Virus record (IMG/VR): IMGVR_UViG_3300020403_000036 | Coordinates: 1 to 36,456 of that record | Origin: a virus | Lineage: Duplodnaviria > Caudoviricetes | DNA length: 36,456 nt | Reading direction: 5' to 3' (one strand) | Shown here: one piece after another, positions 19,671-28,455 of the stretch | Layout of the letters: every line of letters starts with the position of its first letter | Position numbering within the stretch: position 1 is the stretch's first letter | Notes under the pieces: generated by a model | What the model saw: only the letters and a program-made list of their open reading frames with translations | What the model was told of the DNA's origin: nothing | The model's database searches: none | Made by a program: the position numbers and the translations under genes

Positions 19671-19970
19671 TTATGATTCTAAAGATGCTATATAAGAAGC
19701 TACAAGCTCATCTGTCCATACACCAGTGACATAAGGGACTAAATTTTCTGGAAGAGCTGGAGAAAGAAGGTCATTGCCATCATCATCTTGACCTATAACT
19801 CTAGGGTTTAATGTGTCTGGATTGTATAAACTTCTATGATAGTCACTAGAAACAACTTTTTCAACTCCATCAATAGTTTCTACTATATCTGTACGCTCTC
19901 TCACTTGTAATATTTGAAAGTCACCTACAAACTCTACTTTATCTAAAACTGTAATTTTACTTAAACTCAT
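19671..19970 (-). CDS. Tail fibre partner/assembly-like protein, 99 aa
   Basis: Directly downstream of the fibre; DKVE.V...LQVR...HR...VWTDE pattern typical of partners of LDDYEEG-type fibres. Confidence 0.55.
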   Translation of the reverse strand: MSLSKITVLDKVEFVGDFQILQVRERTDIVETIDGVEKVVSSDYHRSLYNPDTLNPRVIGQDDDGNDLLSPALPENLVPYVTGVWTDELVASYIASLES

Positions 19971-19979
19971 TTTTTTATT

Positions 19980-22397
19980 TTATGTTGTTGTTAAATATGT
20001 CATTGTTAAACGCAATCTGTTGTTATTTGTACCTGTCCCCAATCCACTGGCTGGATATTGTGTTGTAACATTGCGTAAGTATATGTTTATTTTGCTCCCC
20101 CCATCATTAATTGAAAACGTATAATTTGCTAACGAAGTGCCAAATGAATAATTTAAACCAACGGTAGCAGCAGCATCTACGTCAGCAGATACAAAAGGTA
20201 ATCCATGTATTTCTAAATTACCACTAGCATAAGTTACAGCATCACTACCTAATTCTATAAAAGCATGAACCGCTCTACCAACCTTTACATATCTACCTAC
20301 TTGCGAGTCGTATGTAATAGCTAAACCGCTAGTTCCATAAAAAGTAGGAGTAAACGACCCTTCTTCGTAATCGTCTAAATGGTGTGGGGCTGAATTTTGA
20401 TTACCTGAGGCGCCTATATAAACACCTTCCTTGGCTACTATAGGCTTATGTGCTTGGATGTTTACAAGGGAGGTAGTTGCAGTGCTATACTGAAACGTCA
20501 TGTATTCGTTAGTATTATAACTCTGAGGCTGAGTAAGCTTGAATATCATCTTATTATCCCGATACGTTCCAGTGCTATCTTCATAAAACTCAATAGCTGA
20601 TTGCATTCCACCGCTTCCGCTTCTAGCAATATAAAGACTAGTGTCAACTGAGCCACTATCTGCTTGAACATATGCGAAATGAGTTTTTGAGCCTATATAA
20701 TTCAAATGAGTATTTATACTTCCATCTTGTACTACAAGCTTCTTTGGAGCATAAAATCCACCGTCAAATGTTTGAAAAACTATGTTCTGGCTGTTATCAT
20801 AAATCTGAGTTTGAAAATCATTTCCATCCCAATCACCTAAAGATAAATTACCTGTCGTGCCCAGAAGCATACAAGCTTTTCCATTTTGGAATATTCCATC
20901 CCCCGCCCCTCCAGAAGTTGCAGAAACATCAAGCTCTCCAACAACTTGAAGTTTAGCACCTGGCGAAGTCGTTCCAATTCCAACAAAGCCACCTGTGGTT
21001 ACAGTTATCGCTGCATCACTATCTAAATCTGTAGTTGATGCTAACTTAAACTTATCGGAATCACTATTATCTACTCCAAGAACCCATCTTCTTGTTCCCG
21101 TAAGTAAAAAACTTGCAATAGCATCACCAGCACCATCTTGTTCAATAGTTAAACCTGTTGAAGTACCAGTTCCAGTAGTATTTTCTTTAATATGTAGTAT
21201 AGAAGCAGGGGCTGTGTGTCCAATACCGACGTTACCTGTATTAGCCAATATGGTCATCTTAGCCGTTTGAACACTTCCTGTATCTCCTGTAATAAATTGA
21301 AGAGGCTGTTCAAATACAGTTCCTAAATATGTCGCATTAGCTAATGAGTTAGAATAAGTATTCCCTGCTTCTCCCTCAATTCCAAGCTTTGCTTTTATAC
21401 TTGCTCCGTCCTGACGTAACTCTAAATGTGGGTTGTCGTTTTCCGACCCTGTATTGTCTGCGTCTGCCTCAATAATAACAACAGCGTCACCTGTGTCTCC
21501 TGCAGAAACATGAAGCAATCCACCAGGCGAAGTAGTTCCAATACCAACATTGCCGTTTAAATCTAAAGCAAATGCGTCTGAATCGGTTGACGGTCCCATT
21601 AAAAAAATGCCGCCTGCATTTTTATACATTCTGTGTGAAATGGAGTTTGAGCTTGTTAAAGCAATACCGTCGTTTGAAGTGTCACCATCTTGTCGCACTA
21701 TTAATGTACCTCCCGATGTAGCCACCCCAGTTCCACCATTTACTTCTAATTTGCCCCCTGGCGCAGTCGTTCCGATTCCGACATCCCCTGCTGACGTGAT
21801 AATCATTTGGTCAGTAGAGTTCGTAATAAAATTAATAGTTCCAGCTGCAGAAATTGAAGCTATATCTAACCCTGCACTACCATCATCTTTTAGATATTGT
21901 CCATTTGCAAATGTAAATTTTGATGTCAAAGATACACGCACATCGCCATCTACATCAAGTTTAACGCCTGGCGAAGTTGTCCCTATTCCAACATTATCTC
22001 CAGTGGTAGCATTTAAAATTAAATCATAACCATCATTCGCTCTGAGTGTAACATCTCCATCATTTACCGCTTTAAATCTATTTGCATAAATAGTGTTTGT
22101 GTTGTTGCCAACCCTTATGTGCCCAACAACATGCAGCTTTTGATTTGGCGTAGTTGTCCCGATTCCAACATCTCCAGTAATATGAAGTTGAGTTGCTGAA
22201 GCATCTTGAGCAACAATTGAATCTCCAAGAGTATTTGCTGTAGTAAAAACAGGAAGAGTGTGTGTAGTTCCGTTTATAAATCCGCTTACAAGGTCGGACG
22301 AAAGTATTTTGATGTTCTGGTTGCCATCAAATCCAACTATAGTTGTTCCAGCTGTAGTACTTGTTCTGTTGGTAAATTGTGAAAACTTAATCGGCAT
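19980..22397 (-). CDS. Tail fibre protein, 805 aa
   Basis: Six xxVGIG(T/H)TxP repeats, Gly/Thr/Ser-rich, C-terminal LDDYEEGSFTP...GRYVKVGRAV...GLPF tip domain. Confidence 0.85.
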   Translation of the reverse strand: MPIKFSQFTNRTSTTAGTTIVGFDGNQNIKILSSDLVSGFINGTTHTLPVFTTANTLGDSIVAQDASATQLHITGDVGIGTTTPNQKLHVVGHIRVGNNTNTIYANRFKAVNDGDVTLRANDGYDLILNATTGDNVGIGTTSPGVKLDVDGDVRVSLTSKFTFANGQYLKDDGSAGLDIASISAAGTINFITNSTDQMIITSAGDVGIGTTAPGGKLEVNGGTGVATSGGTLIVRQDGDTSNDGIALTSSNSISHRMYKNAGGIFLMGPSTDSDAFALDLNGNVGIGTTSPGGLLHVSAGDTGDAVVIIEADADNTGSENDNPHLELRQDGASIKAKLGIEGEAGNTYSNSLANATYLGTVFEQPLQFITGDTGSVQTAKMTILANTGNVGIGHTAPASILHIKENTTGTGTSTGLTIEQDGAGDAIASFLLTGTRRWVLGVDNSDSDKFKLASTTDLDSDAAITVTTGGFVGIGTTSPGAKLQVVGELDVSATSGGAGDGIFQNGKACMLLGTTGNLSLGDWDGNDFQTQIYDNSQNIVFQTFDGGFYAPKKLVVQDGSINTHLNYIGSKTHFAYVQADSGSVDTSLYIARSGSGGMQSAIEFYEDSTGTYRDNKMIFKLTQPQSYNTNEYMTFQYSTATTSLVNIQAHKPIVAKEGVYIGASGNQNSAPHHLDDYEEGSFTPTFYGTSGLAITYDSQVGRYVKVGRAVHAFIELGSDAVTYASGNLEIHGLPFVSADVDAAATVGLNYSFGTSLANYTFSINDGGSKINIYLRNVTTQYPASGLGTGTNNNRLRLTMTYLTTT

Positions 22398-22408
22398 AAT
22401 CTATTTTT

Positions 22409-22600
22409 TTATGGGAACAAATATGTTTCTGTTATCATTGTGGCTTGTGGGTCTCCAGGCGGCTCAGAGCCTGACTCAGCTATAATTTCTATCTCTGGGT
22501 CAGCAGTTCCAATCTCAGTAATCATCTCCAGTGACTCTATAGTACCGTGGTCGTATAGGTCATGGTCAATAAAAAGTCCTACTGAAGATGATAATGCCAT
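22409..22600 (-). CDS. Small acidic protein, 63 aa
   Basis: In-operon ORF with repeated (M/I)I(T/A)E motifs. Confidence 0.55.
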   Translation of the reverse strand: MALSSSVGLFIDHDLYDHGTIESLEMITEIGTADPEIEIIAESGSEPPGDPQATMITETYLFP

Positions 22601-22601
22601 T

Positions 22602-23066
22602 TTACCAGAGTGCTATTAGGTTAGTTGCAGTTGTCCCTGTTGCAAATACCTTTTTAACATTTACTGGCACAAACTGTCCATTGTTTAGATTGTAAAAAGT
22701 AACTGTGTCTCCTCCCGAAGTTGTTACTTTAACTTGTCCTCCAACTCCCACATACAACACACATCCGCTTTGGTCTCCTCTATAAATGGTATAAGCTTCT
22801 CCAGAAGTCATAATATCTCCATTTAAGGTAAGTTGAGTGTCGCTATCTACAGCTGTAACAGTTGCTGCTGTAGCATCAGATGTATTGTAAACAATATCAC
22901 CAACTCTAACTTTTGACTCGAATGTTTCTCCTGAATCTACAAGTTTGTTTGTAGTAGTTCCAGTAGTAGTTCCACTTGCTGGAACACTTGATTTGTTTGG
23001 TATGTCGGCATTATCACTTGTGTGAACTTCTAATGCACCTTGTACTTGTAATTTTTGATAAGCCAT
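22602..23066 (-). CDS. Small virion/tail-associated beta protein, 154 aa
   Basis: LYVGVGG.VKV...V.ATGTTATNLIALW C-terminus, with an inserted KLVDS..F...GDIVY module. Confidence 0.7.
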   Translation of the reverse strand: MAYQKLQVQGALEVHTSDNADIPNKSSVPASGTTTGTTTNKLVDSGETFESKVRVGDIVYNTSDATAATVTAVDSDTQLTLNGDIMTSGEAYTIYRGDQSGCVLYVGVGGQVKVTTSGGDTVTFYNLNNGQFVPVNVKKVFATGTTATNLIALW

Positions 23067-23085
23067 TTTATTTTTTTTATTTATG

Positions 23086-23093
23086 CAAAGATA
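23086..23093 (-). promoter_or_regulatory. Bacteroidota -7 element (TATCTTTG)
   Basis: TAnnTTTG 20 nt upstream of the ATG at 23066. Confidence 0.65.
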
Positions 23094-23252
23094 TTATTTT
23101 TTGTCAAAAGGAAACATTCGATTTAGAGTGTCACGTCTTCTACCGCATCCGCAGTCTTTACCAACGGCTTTAGCCGTTTTTTCCACAACGGTTTTAATGC
23201 CTGTTTTAACTGTGATATTTTCTATAACATCACCTAATCCCCTTGCTTTCAT
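23094..23252 (-). CDS. Small basic protein with GLGD...DCGC..RR..LN motif, 52 aa (below cutoff)
   Basis: Manual translation MKARGLGDVIENITVKTGIKTVVEKTAKAVGKDCGCGRRRDTLNRMFPFDKK; starts 1 nt after the upstream stop. Confidence 0.75.
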   Translation of the reverse strand: MKARGLGDVIENITVKTGIKTVVEKTAKAVGKDCGCGRRRDTLNRMFPFDKK

Positions 23253-23253
23253 A

Positions 23254-24468
23254 TTAATTTGCTTCTAAAGCTTTTACTTTTTCAGATAATTCTTTTACTG
23301 CTTTAACTAGAATTGGCACTAGCTTTCCGTAGCTCATCTCTAGTTTGTCTGGGTTTTCATCATACACCAAACGAAGAACATCATTATCTAACGGCTGAAC
23401 ATCTTGTGCTATGAATCCAAAATCTTTTTTACCCTTGTTGGCACTTTCAATTTCTTTTTCAACTTGATTTCCTTCTTCATCAAAACCAGTTGATGTTTCT
23501 GGTCTATTGTCCCAAGTAAACTGCTTTGGTTGTAAAGACTCTATAAAGTCTAATCCATATTCTAAATCAACAATATCTTTTTTATCTCTTTCATCTGACA
23601 AAGAAGTGATAGAAGTTACAGCACATCTAAGAGTTGCAACGCTAGAGTTACCTAAAGTAAACTCGTTGCTAACAGTTGCGGTACTAGACTGAGCACCATA
23701 CCCAAGAATTGTATTGTTTGTTCCAGTTGAAAGTGTAGTTCCAGCCTCAGACCCAACAATAGTATTATGAACTGTGCCTTGTTGTTGTGTTCCAGAACCT
23801 CCCCCTACGATAGTCGTGTAACTCATTGTAGTTGGGCCACCTGTAGGACCTGACTCTTCTCCAACAACTACGTTTTTAATTGAGGTAATAAACCCTCCAG
23901 CCATACTAGAGTTGCTAAACCCACCACTACAAGAGTTATACCCTATAACGACACTGCTGGTAAGAGCACCTAAAATTTTACCTGATTTAGTACCTATAAT
24001 AACAGACTTAGTACCTCCACTTCCTAAATTAAAAGGAGAACCAGGGACTCCTCCATTACCAGCTTCGTTACCTATAACAACCATGTCTGCAGCTAGACCA
24101 TTTTTTCCAGCGTCCATACCAATAACAACAGAATGAAAACCTCCAAAAGAGGTATAACCTGCATTGCTATCTGGGTTACCTATATAAATTAGTCCATCGC
24201 CAATAGTACCTAAGCCTGAAGAATAACCCCCTAGCATTAACTTATCGTTTTTCGGGTTTGAACTTCCTCCGCTTGTATTATCTCTTAATACATCCGTTAA
24301 ATCATTAAGGTCTTCTATGCTTGGACCAGCGCCTGCATTCACAGTGTCGGTTATGTCCTGCATAGTATATACATGGGTTTTGGCATTTAGCTGTGCGGAC
24401 TTTCTTTCTGTCATATCTACACTTGCAGATGTAAATATTAGTTTATCTCCTGATGGTATTGTTGGCAT
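23254..24468 (-). CDS. Tail spike/fibre with C-terminal intramolecular chaperone (peptidase S74-like), 404 aa
   Basis: Repeated (S/N)(V/T)IIG..(A/S)G beta-roll units, then SDERDKKDI, L.P..F.W, GFIAQDV and Y.KLVPILVKAVKEL coiled coil. Confidence 0.85.
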   Translation of the reverse strand: MPTIPSGDKLIFTSASVDMTERKSAQLNAKTHVYTMQDITDTVNAGAGPSIEDLNDLTDVLRDNTSGGSSNPKNDKLMLGGYSSGLGTIGDGLIYIGNPDSNAGYTSFGGFHSVVIGMDAGKNGLAADMVVIGNEAGNGGVPGSPFNLGSGGTKSVIIGTKSGKILGALTSSVVIGYNSCSGGFSNSSMAGGFITSIKNVVVGEESGPTGGPTTMSYTTIVGGGSGTQQQGTVHNTIVGSEAGTTLSTGTNNTILGYGAQSSTATVSNEFTLGNSSVATLRCAVTSITSLSDERDKKDIVDLEYGLDFIESLQPKQFTWDNRPETSTGFDEEGNQVEKEIESANKGKKDFGFIAQDVQPLDNDVLRLVYDENPDKLEMSYGKLVPILVKAVKELSEKVKALEAN

Positions 24469-24483
24469 GGTTTTATTTTTTTA

Positions 24484-24491
24484 CAAAGATA
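24484..24491 (-). promoter_or_regulatory. Bacteroidota -7 element (TATCTTTG)
   Basis: TAnnTTTG 16 nt upstream of the ATG at 24468. Confidence 0.65.
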
Positions 24492-24496
24492 GTTAT

Positions 24497-24787
24497 TTAA
24501 TATTTTCCTTTTCTTGTTTTGGGTGAACTTGCTTTGCTACCACCAGGCCCAGCCCATAAGTGCTTACATGCCCAGTATCTAGCGGTCATTTTATCTTTAG
24601 CAGTAGAACATTTATGTCTAGCTCTGAAAGAACTTCTTGCTGCCTTAGAATAGTTATGGCCATAACCCTTAGCTCCAAAGTGGATAAGCTTTTCCTTACC
24701 ACCTGAGCAGGCCTTGACCATTTTTTTCTTTCCAGCCCTGTCGCTTTTCACAACGACATTGCATTTCATTTTTGCTTTGTTAGCCAT
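24497..24787 (-). CDS. Highly basic small protein (HFG...SFRARHKC...ARYWAC motif), 96 aa
   Basis: Lys/Arg-rich; the motif is familiar from aquatic phage small proteins; function unknown. Confidence 0.75.
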   Translation of the reverse strand: MANKAKMKCNVVVKSDRAGKKKMVKACSGGKEKLIHFGAKGYGHNYSKAARSSFRARHKCSTAKDKMTARYWACKHLWAGPGGSKASSPKTRKGKY

Positions 24788-24788
24788 A

Positions 24789-24932
24789 TTACTTTTGCAT
24801 CTTTTTCATCTTAGCTTCAATGATTGTTCTTTGAAGGTCAGATGGTAGTGTTTTTTGTTCTGCACTTAAATACATATCAACAACACTATCCTTGAATCCC
24901 ACGTCGCCATGTTTTACTGTATTAGGTTTCAT
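24789..24932 (-). CDS. Small protein, 47 aa (below cutoff)
   Basis: Manual translation MKPNTVKHGDVGFKDSVVDMYLSAEQKTLPSDLQRTIIEAKMKKMQK; fills the gap with 1-2 nt spacers. Confidence 0.65.
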   Translation of the reverse strand: MKPNTVKHGDVGFKDSVVDMYLSAEQKTLPSDLQRTIIEAKMKKMQK

Positions 24933-24934
24933 CT

Positions 24935-25180
24935 TTATGTGTATCTTTTAGTTACTCTTGCTGCGGGGGTGTTTGCAACAAACTGTCGGTTTTTCCCCTG
25001 TCTTTTTTTCTTGCGAGCAGTAGCAGCTCTTTGTGATTTGCTCATGCTCTTTGCCTTCTTTAGTGGAAGACATCTGTCTGGGTTCTTCTTGTTCTTGCTT
25101 GTACCACAAGCCCCAAGGATTGAACCGTCCGTTCCAATTCTTACCCACTTCTCGTTCACCCACTTTTTTAATTCACCCAT
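24935..25180 (-). CDS. Highly basic small protein (LKKW..EKWV...CG...CLP motif; DUF5872-like), 81 aa
   Basis: Lys/Arg-rich with TAATG coupling to the upstream gene; the DUF name is from memory only. Confidence 0.7.
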   Translation of the reverse strand: MGELKKWVNEKWVRIGTDGSILGACGTSKNKKNPDRCLPLKKAKSMSKSQRAATARKKKRQGKNRQFVANTPAARVTKRYT

Positions 25181-25539
25181 TATTTTTTTTGTTTACCATA
25201 GATAAAGTTCTCTCCAGACACAGAAAGTTTGTCAATTACCTCTGTTTGTAGGTCTCTAAGCAGCTTTTCGAGCTTATCTTTCTCGATAACCATCTGATTT
25301 ACCTTGTCCTCAAGAGCTTCGTTTTTAGCCTTCAATGACTCTAATTCCTCTGGATTCTTACCAATAAAAGTGTAAATCACCACAGATAAAGAGCCTACCA
25401 GCATACCAACTATCACTTTGAAGATATCGTTGTTAGTATCTGGTATTTCTTTAAATGCCAAAAACAATAATAATCCCATAACCATTGCAAATACTGTTGC
25501 AGCGCCTATGTAACCTCTCATTTCTTTGTTTCTAAACAT
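25180..25539 (-). CDS. Two-TM membrane protein with C-terminal coiled coil, 119 aa
   Basis: Two hydrophobic segments followed by heptad repeats. Confidence 0.7.
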   Translation of the reverse strand: MFRNKEMRGYIGAATVFAMVMGLLLFLAFKEIPDTNNDIFKVIVGMLVGSLSVVIYTFIGKNPEELESLKAKNEALEDKVNQMVIEKDKLEKLLRDLQTEVIDKLSVSGENFIYGKQKK

Positions 25540-25541
25540 AA

Positions 25542-25772
25542 CTAAGCTTTTATATTTTTTTGTGCTTTCTTCATTTTCTTTAGAAAACTTTTATTGTAAG
25601 CTCTACCAGTAGGGCCAACCTTAATGTTTTCTTGATTGTACACTCTATCTACATCTTTGTTTTTGAATGTAAACTCATTGTACTGCTCTTCAGTCATAGG
25701 GCCTCCTCGGTAAGGGTTGTAGTTTGTGCTTACTGGTTGCTCACTAAGTGGCTTTGGTTTTTTATGTGGCAT
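25542..25772 (-). CDS. Basic hypothetical protein, 76 aa
   Basis: In-operon ORF with 2-nt spacers. Confidence 0.6.
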   Translation of the reverse strand: MPHKKPKPLSEQPVSTNYNPYRGGPMTEEQYNEFTFKNKDVDRVYNQENIKVGPTGRAYNKSFLKKMKKAQKNIKA

Positions 25773-25774
25773 AA

Positions 25775-25939
25775 TTATTTTTTTCTTTTAGATGCTTTCG
25801 CATAGTTAGGGTCTTTGCAATACTTACTTGCAGCGAGATTGGCGTAGGCACTTGGATATCTATCAAAGGTTCTTTTGGCCCACGCAATCCCAGCTGGACA
25901 AATCTTATTGCCTTTCTTCTTTTTAGCTTTACGTGCCAT
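25775..25939 (-). CDS. Small basic protein with C..G.AWAKR.F..YPSAYAN motif, 54 aa (below cutoff)
   Basis: Manual translation MARKAKKKKGNKICPAGIAWAKRTFDRYPSAYANLAASKYCKDPNYAKASKEKK. Confidence 0.7.
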   Translation of the reverse strand: MARKAKKKKGNKICPAGIAWAKRTFDRYPSAYANLAASKYCKDPNYAKASKRKK

Positions 25940-26022
25940 TACTTCTTCTTTTTCTTTTTCTTAGCAGCGTAGCTTGAAGACTTCTTTTTTTTCATGTATT
26001 TAATCTTTCCTCCGAGTGGCAT
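25939..26022 (-). CDS. Poly-lysine micropeptide, 27 aa (below cutoff)
   Basis: MPLGGKIKYMKKKKSSSYAAKKKKKKK; first ORF after the promoter at 26046-26053 and TAATG-coupled to the next gene; mixed AAA/AAG codons. Confidence 0.55.
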   Translation of the reverse strand: MPLGGKIKYMKKKKSSSYAAKKKKKKK

Positions 26023-26045
26023 ATCTTTATATTTTAAGGTTTCAG

Positions 26046-26070
26046 CAAAGATATAAATTTTATAACTTTG
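26046..26070. promoter_or_regulatory. Back-to-back divergent promoter elements
   Basis: TATCTTTG on the minus strand (26046-26053) and TAACTTTG on the plus strand (26063-26070), 9 nt apart. Confidence 0.65.
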
Positions 26071-26078
26071 TTTTTCAA

Positions 26079-26561
26079 ATGAAATATACTGTAATAAAAA
26101 GAAAAAGGCACGACAGGGTTCAGCCTAAGCATGACTATCTAAAATACTTCAGGGTAGTTAGACACTGGATAAAGATGAAATACGACATTGGGCTACCTGA
26201 GCTTGAGATGTTACTCTTCTTGCACGGAGAAGGTTTGTTCAAGAAGTCAGACTTCGATGAGTTCCAGAAAATAATATCATGGGACACTGATAGATTCGAC
26301 AGAATGCTTCGAGACAAATGGATAATCGTCTGGCGCAAGCGAACAGGCAACGAAGCTACTTTGTACGAAATTTCCTACAAGGGTAAAAGAATGATTACGC
26401 ACATGTATAAAATCCTAAATGGTGAGGAGGTAATCTCAGAAGACTCAAAGCGAAACTCTATCTTCAAAAAAAATGCCCCATATAAAGATAAACTCTACAG
26501 GGGCATGATTAGAAGAATGAATGAAGCTATAAAACAATCACGACGTCCTTCAGTTGAATAA
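26079..26561 (+). CDS. Putative winged-helix (MarR-like) DNA-binding protein, 160 aa
   Basis: Only plausible plus-strand gene in the late arm; ATG at 26079 chosen because it follows the promoter; ELEMLLFL...FDRMLRDKWIIVWR...LYEISYKGKR resembles a wHTH. Confidence 0.6.
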   Translation: MKYTVIKRKRHDRVQPKHDYLKYFRVVRHWIKMKYDIGLPELEMLLFLHGEGLFKKSDFDEFQKIISWDTDRFDRMLRDKWIIVWRKRTGNEATLYEISYKGKRMITHMYKILNGEEVISEDSKRNSIFKKNAPYKDKLYRGMIRRMNEAIKQSRRPSVE

Positions 26562-26784
26562 CAGTCACTGGGTCTCCAGCGAGTACAACATCATAGGCGC
26601 TTCTCTTGTCGTAATATATTACATCATCGGCTTTTACTTGAGTAACTAAATCCCCAACCGTTTTTATCCTTCCCTTTCCATAGCGCATTTGACTTACGTC
26701 TTCACCTGAAAGAATAAGACCTGAGTCTGTTTTGACTTCTTCTTCTACTTTGTCAATGACAATAAAGTTATTTATGGCTCTCAT
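26527..26784 (-). CDS. groES: Co-chaperonin GroES, 85 aa
   Basis: Mobile loop KTDSGLIL, G...TVG, VK.DDVIYY, DVV; ATGA-coupled to groEL. Confidence 0.9.
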   Translation of the reverse strand: MRAINNFIVIDKVEEEVKTDSGLILSGEDVSQMRYGKGRIKTVGDLVTQVKADDVIYYDKRSAYDVVLAGDPVTVIQLKDVVIVL

Positions 26785-28379
26785 TTTCTTTTAAGTGTTA
26801 CTATTGCGTTTGTTGAAAGTATAGTTGTTGCTACAGATACTGCATTGCGTAGTGCGTTCTTAGTTACTTTAGCTGGGTCAATGATTCCCATCTTAAACAT
26901 ATCTCCGTACTTTTCTTCTTTTACATCGTATCCATAGTTCCAATCCACAATTTGAAAATCATTGTAGTATATCTTATTGAAATCTTTGCCAGCGTTCAAA
27001 AGTATTTGATGTGCTGGAGCTTTAAGGGCAGATGTAAAAATTGCGTGAGCAATTTTTTTTGATTTTTCGGACTTATCTTCATCTAATATGATGCATGATT
27101 TGTACAAAGCAATCCCTCCACCAGGCACAATCCCCTCTTCAAGAGCGGAGCGTACAGCACAAACAGCGTCATCAACTCTATCGTATAGCTCTTTCTGCTC
27201 CACATCAGAGTTGCCTCCAACGTAAATAATACCGATACCGCCTGTAAGACTTGCGATTCTTTCCTTCAAGAAGTCTTTGTCGCCTTTTACCTTAGCATTG
27301 TTATGCTGATGCCATAGCTCATCAACTCTCTTCTGGATATCGTCGTCGTTTCCTTTACCTCTTATGATGATGGTATCTTCACGACCTACAATAACTTTCT
27401 CAGCAAACCCAAGGTCATCCATAGAAATCAAACCTAAATCATCTCCTGTGCTTTCTGAAAAGTATTTTGCCCCAACGGCCAGCGCTATGTCGTTCATAAG
27501 CTCATGGCTTCTGTATCCGAACTGCGGAGGAATGATGTGACAAATCTTAAGACCATTACGAACTACGTTTGCAGCAAGTGTGTTAATCACATTCTGCGAG
27601 CAGTTGCCGATAATCAAAAGCTTTTTGTTCTCGTTGATTACTGGCTTTAGTATTCTTTCTATGCTAACGACATTAGAAATCTCTTGGTCTGCACAAAGCA
27701 CATGCACATCCTCAAGGATGCACTCATCACGCTTGTGGTCGTTGACAAACAGATGTGAGGTGTAACCTCTATCAATCCGTATACCCTCTGTAACTTCTGA
27801 GAATGTATCAGAGGTCTGTGACCTCTCAACTGTAACGATGCCGTTCTCACCCACCTTTTTGTAAGCTTCAGCTATCAACTTCCCAACCTTAGAGTCGTTA
27901 TTAGCAGAAACAGTAGCTACATCATCTAATCTTCGTCCGCTAACTTTCTTTGACTTCTTGTCCAGAAACTTCACAACCTCCTCTGACAATCTGGTAATCT
28001 CACGAATAACCTCCGTGACATTCACATCTTCATTAGACAAAAGCTCCATACCGTACTTAATCATAGCCTCGGTAAGAACAATCGCAGTCGTTGTGCCGTC
28101 ACCCGCACTCACTGCCGTTCTATCGGCAGCGTCTTTCATAATACGAACAGCCAGGTTCTCAACAGAATCCTCAAGTGCTATTGACCTTGCTACTGTAACA
28201 CCATCCTTTGTGATGGTGACTCCTCGTGTATGGTTTTCTGATTCGATGAGTACTGTGTTTCCTCGTGGGCCGAGTGTACTCTTGACTGCTTCTGAAATCT
28301 TTTCGATTCCATTTAGCAACTTGTCACGACCTTCTTGGTCGAACACAAGTTCTTTTGGTGTGTAACTTAATTCATTCAT
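26781..28379 (-). CDS. groEL: Chaperonin GroEL, 532 aa
   Basis: VKSTLGPRG, ITKDGVTVA, AGDGTTTA, EEGIVPGGG and GIIDPAKV motifs. Confidence 0.97.
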   Translation of the reverse strand: MNELSYTPKELVFDQEGRDKLLNGIEKISEAVKSTLGPRGNTVLIESENHTRGVTITKDGVTVARSIALEDSVENLAVRIMKDAADRTAVSAGDGTTTAIVLTEAMIKYGMELLSNEDVNVTEVIREITRLSEEVVKFLDKKSKKVSGRRLDDVATVSANNDSKVGKLIAEAYKKVGENGIVTVERSQTSDTFSEVTEGIRIDRGYTSHLFVNDHKRDECILEDVHVLCADQEISNVVSIERILKPVINENKKLLIIGNCSQNVINTLAANVVRNGLKICHIIPPQFGYRSHELMNDIALAVGAKYFSESTGDDLGLISMDDLGFAEKVIVGREDTIIIRGKGNDDDIQKRVDELWHQHNNAKVKGDKDFLKERIASLTGGIGIIYVGGNSDVEQKELYDRVDDAVCAVRSALEEGIVPGGGIALYKSCIILDEDKSEKSKKIAHAIFTSALKAPAHQILLNAGKDFNKIYYNDFQIVDWNYGYDVKEEKYGDMFKMGIIDPAKVTKNALRNAVSVATTILSTNAIVTLKRK

Positions 28380-28395
28380 TCGATTTAATTTTAAA

Positions 28396-28403
28396 CAAAT
28401 ATA
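28396..28403 (-). promoter_or_regulatory. Bacteroidota -7 element (TATATTTG) for groEL-groES
   Basis: Minus strand reads TATATTTGTTTAAAATTAAATCGAATG into the groEL start. Confidence 0.6.
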
Positions 28404-28455
28404 TCAAAACAAATACCGAAAAACAAAACATGTTAATATGACAGTTTTATTCTTC

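Noticed and set aside
7108-25251. Numerous plus-strand ORFs of 60-160 aa opposite structural genes (for example 21550..22029, 8635..8910)
   Set aside because: Antisense to well-supported genes, with no promoters or recognisable motifs; expected from codon bias.
26016-26078. Upstream extension of the 181-aa plus-strand ORF from a GTG start
   Set aside because: It spans the divergent promoter elements and overlaps the opposite-strand start at 26022; the ATG at 26079 fits better.
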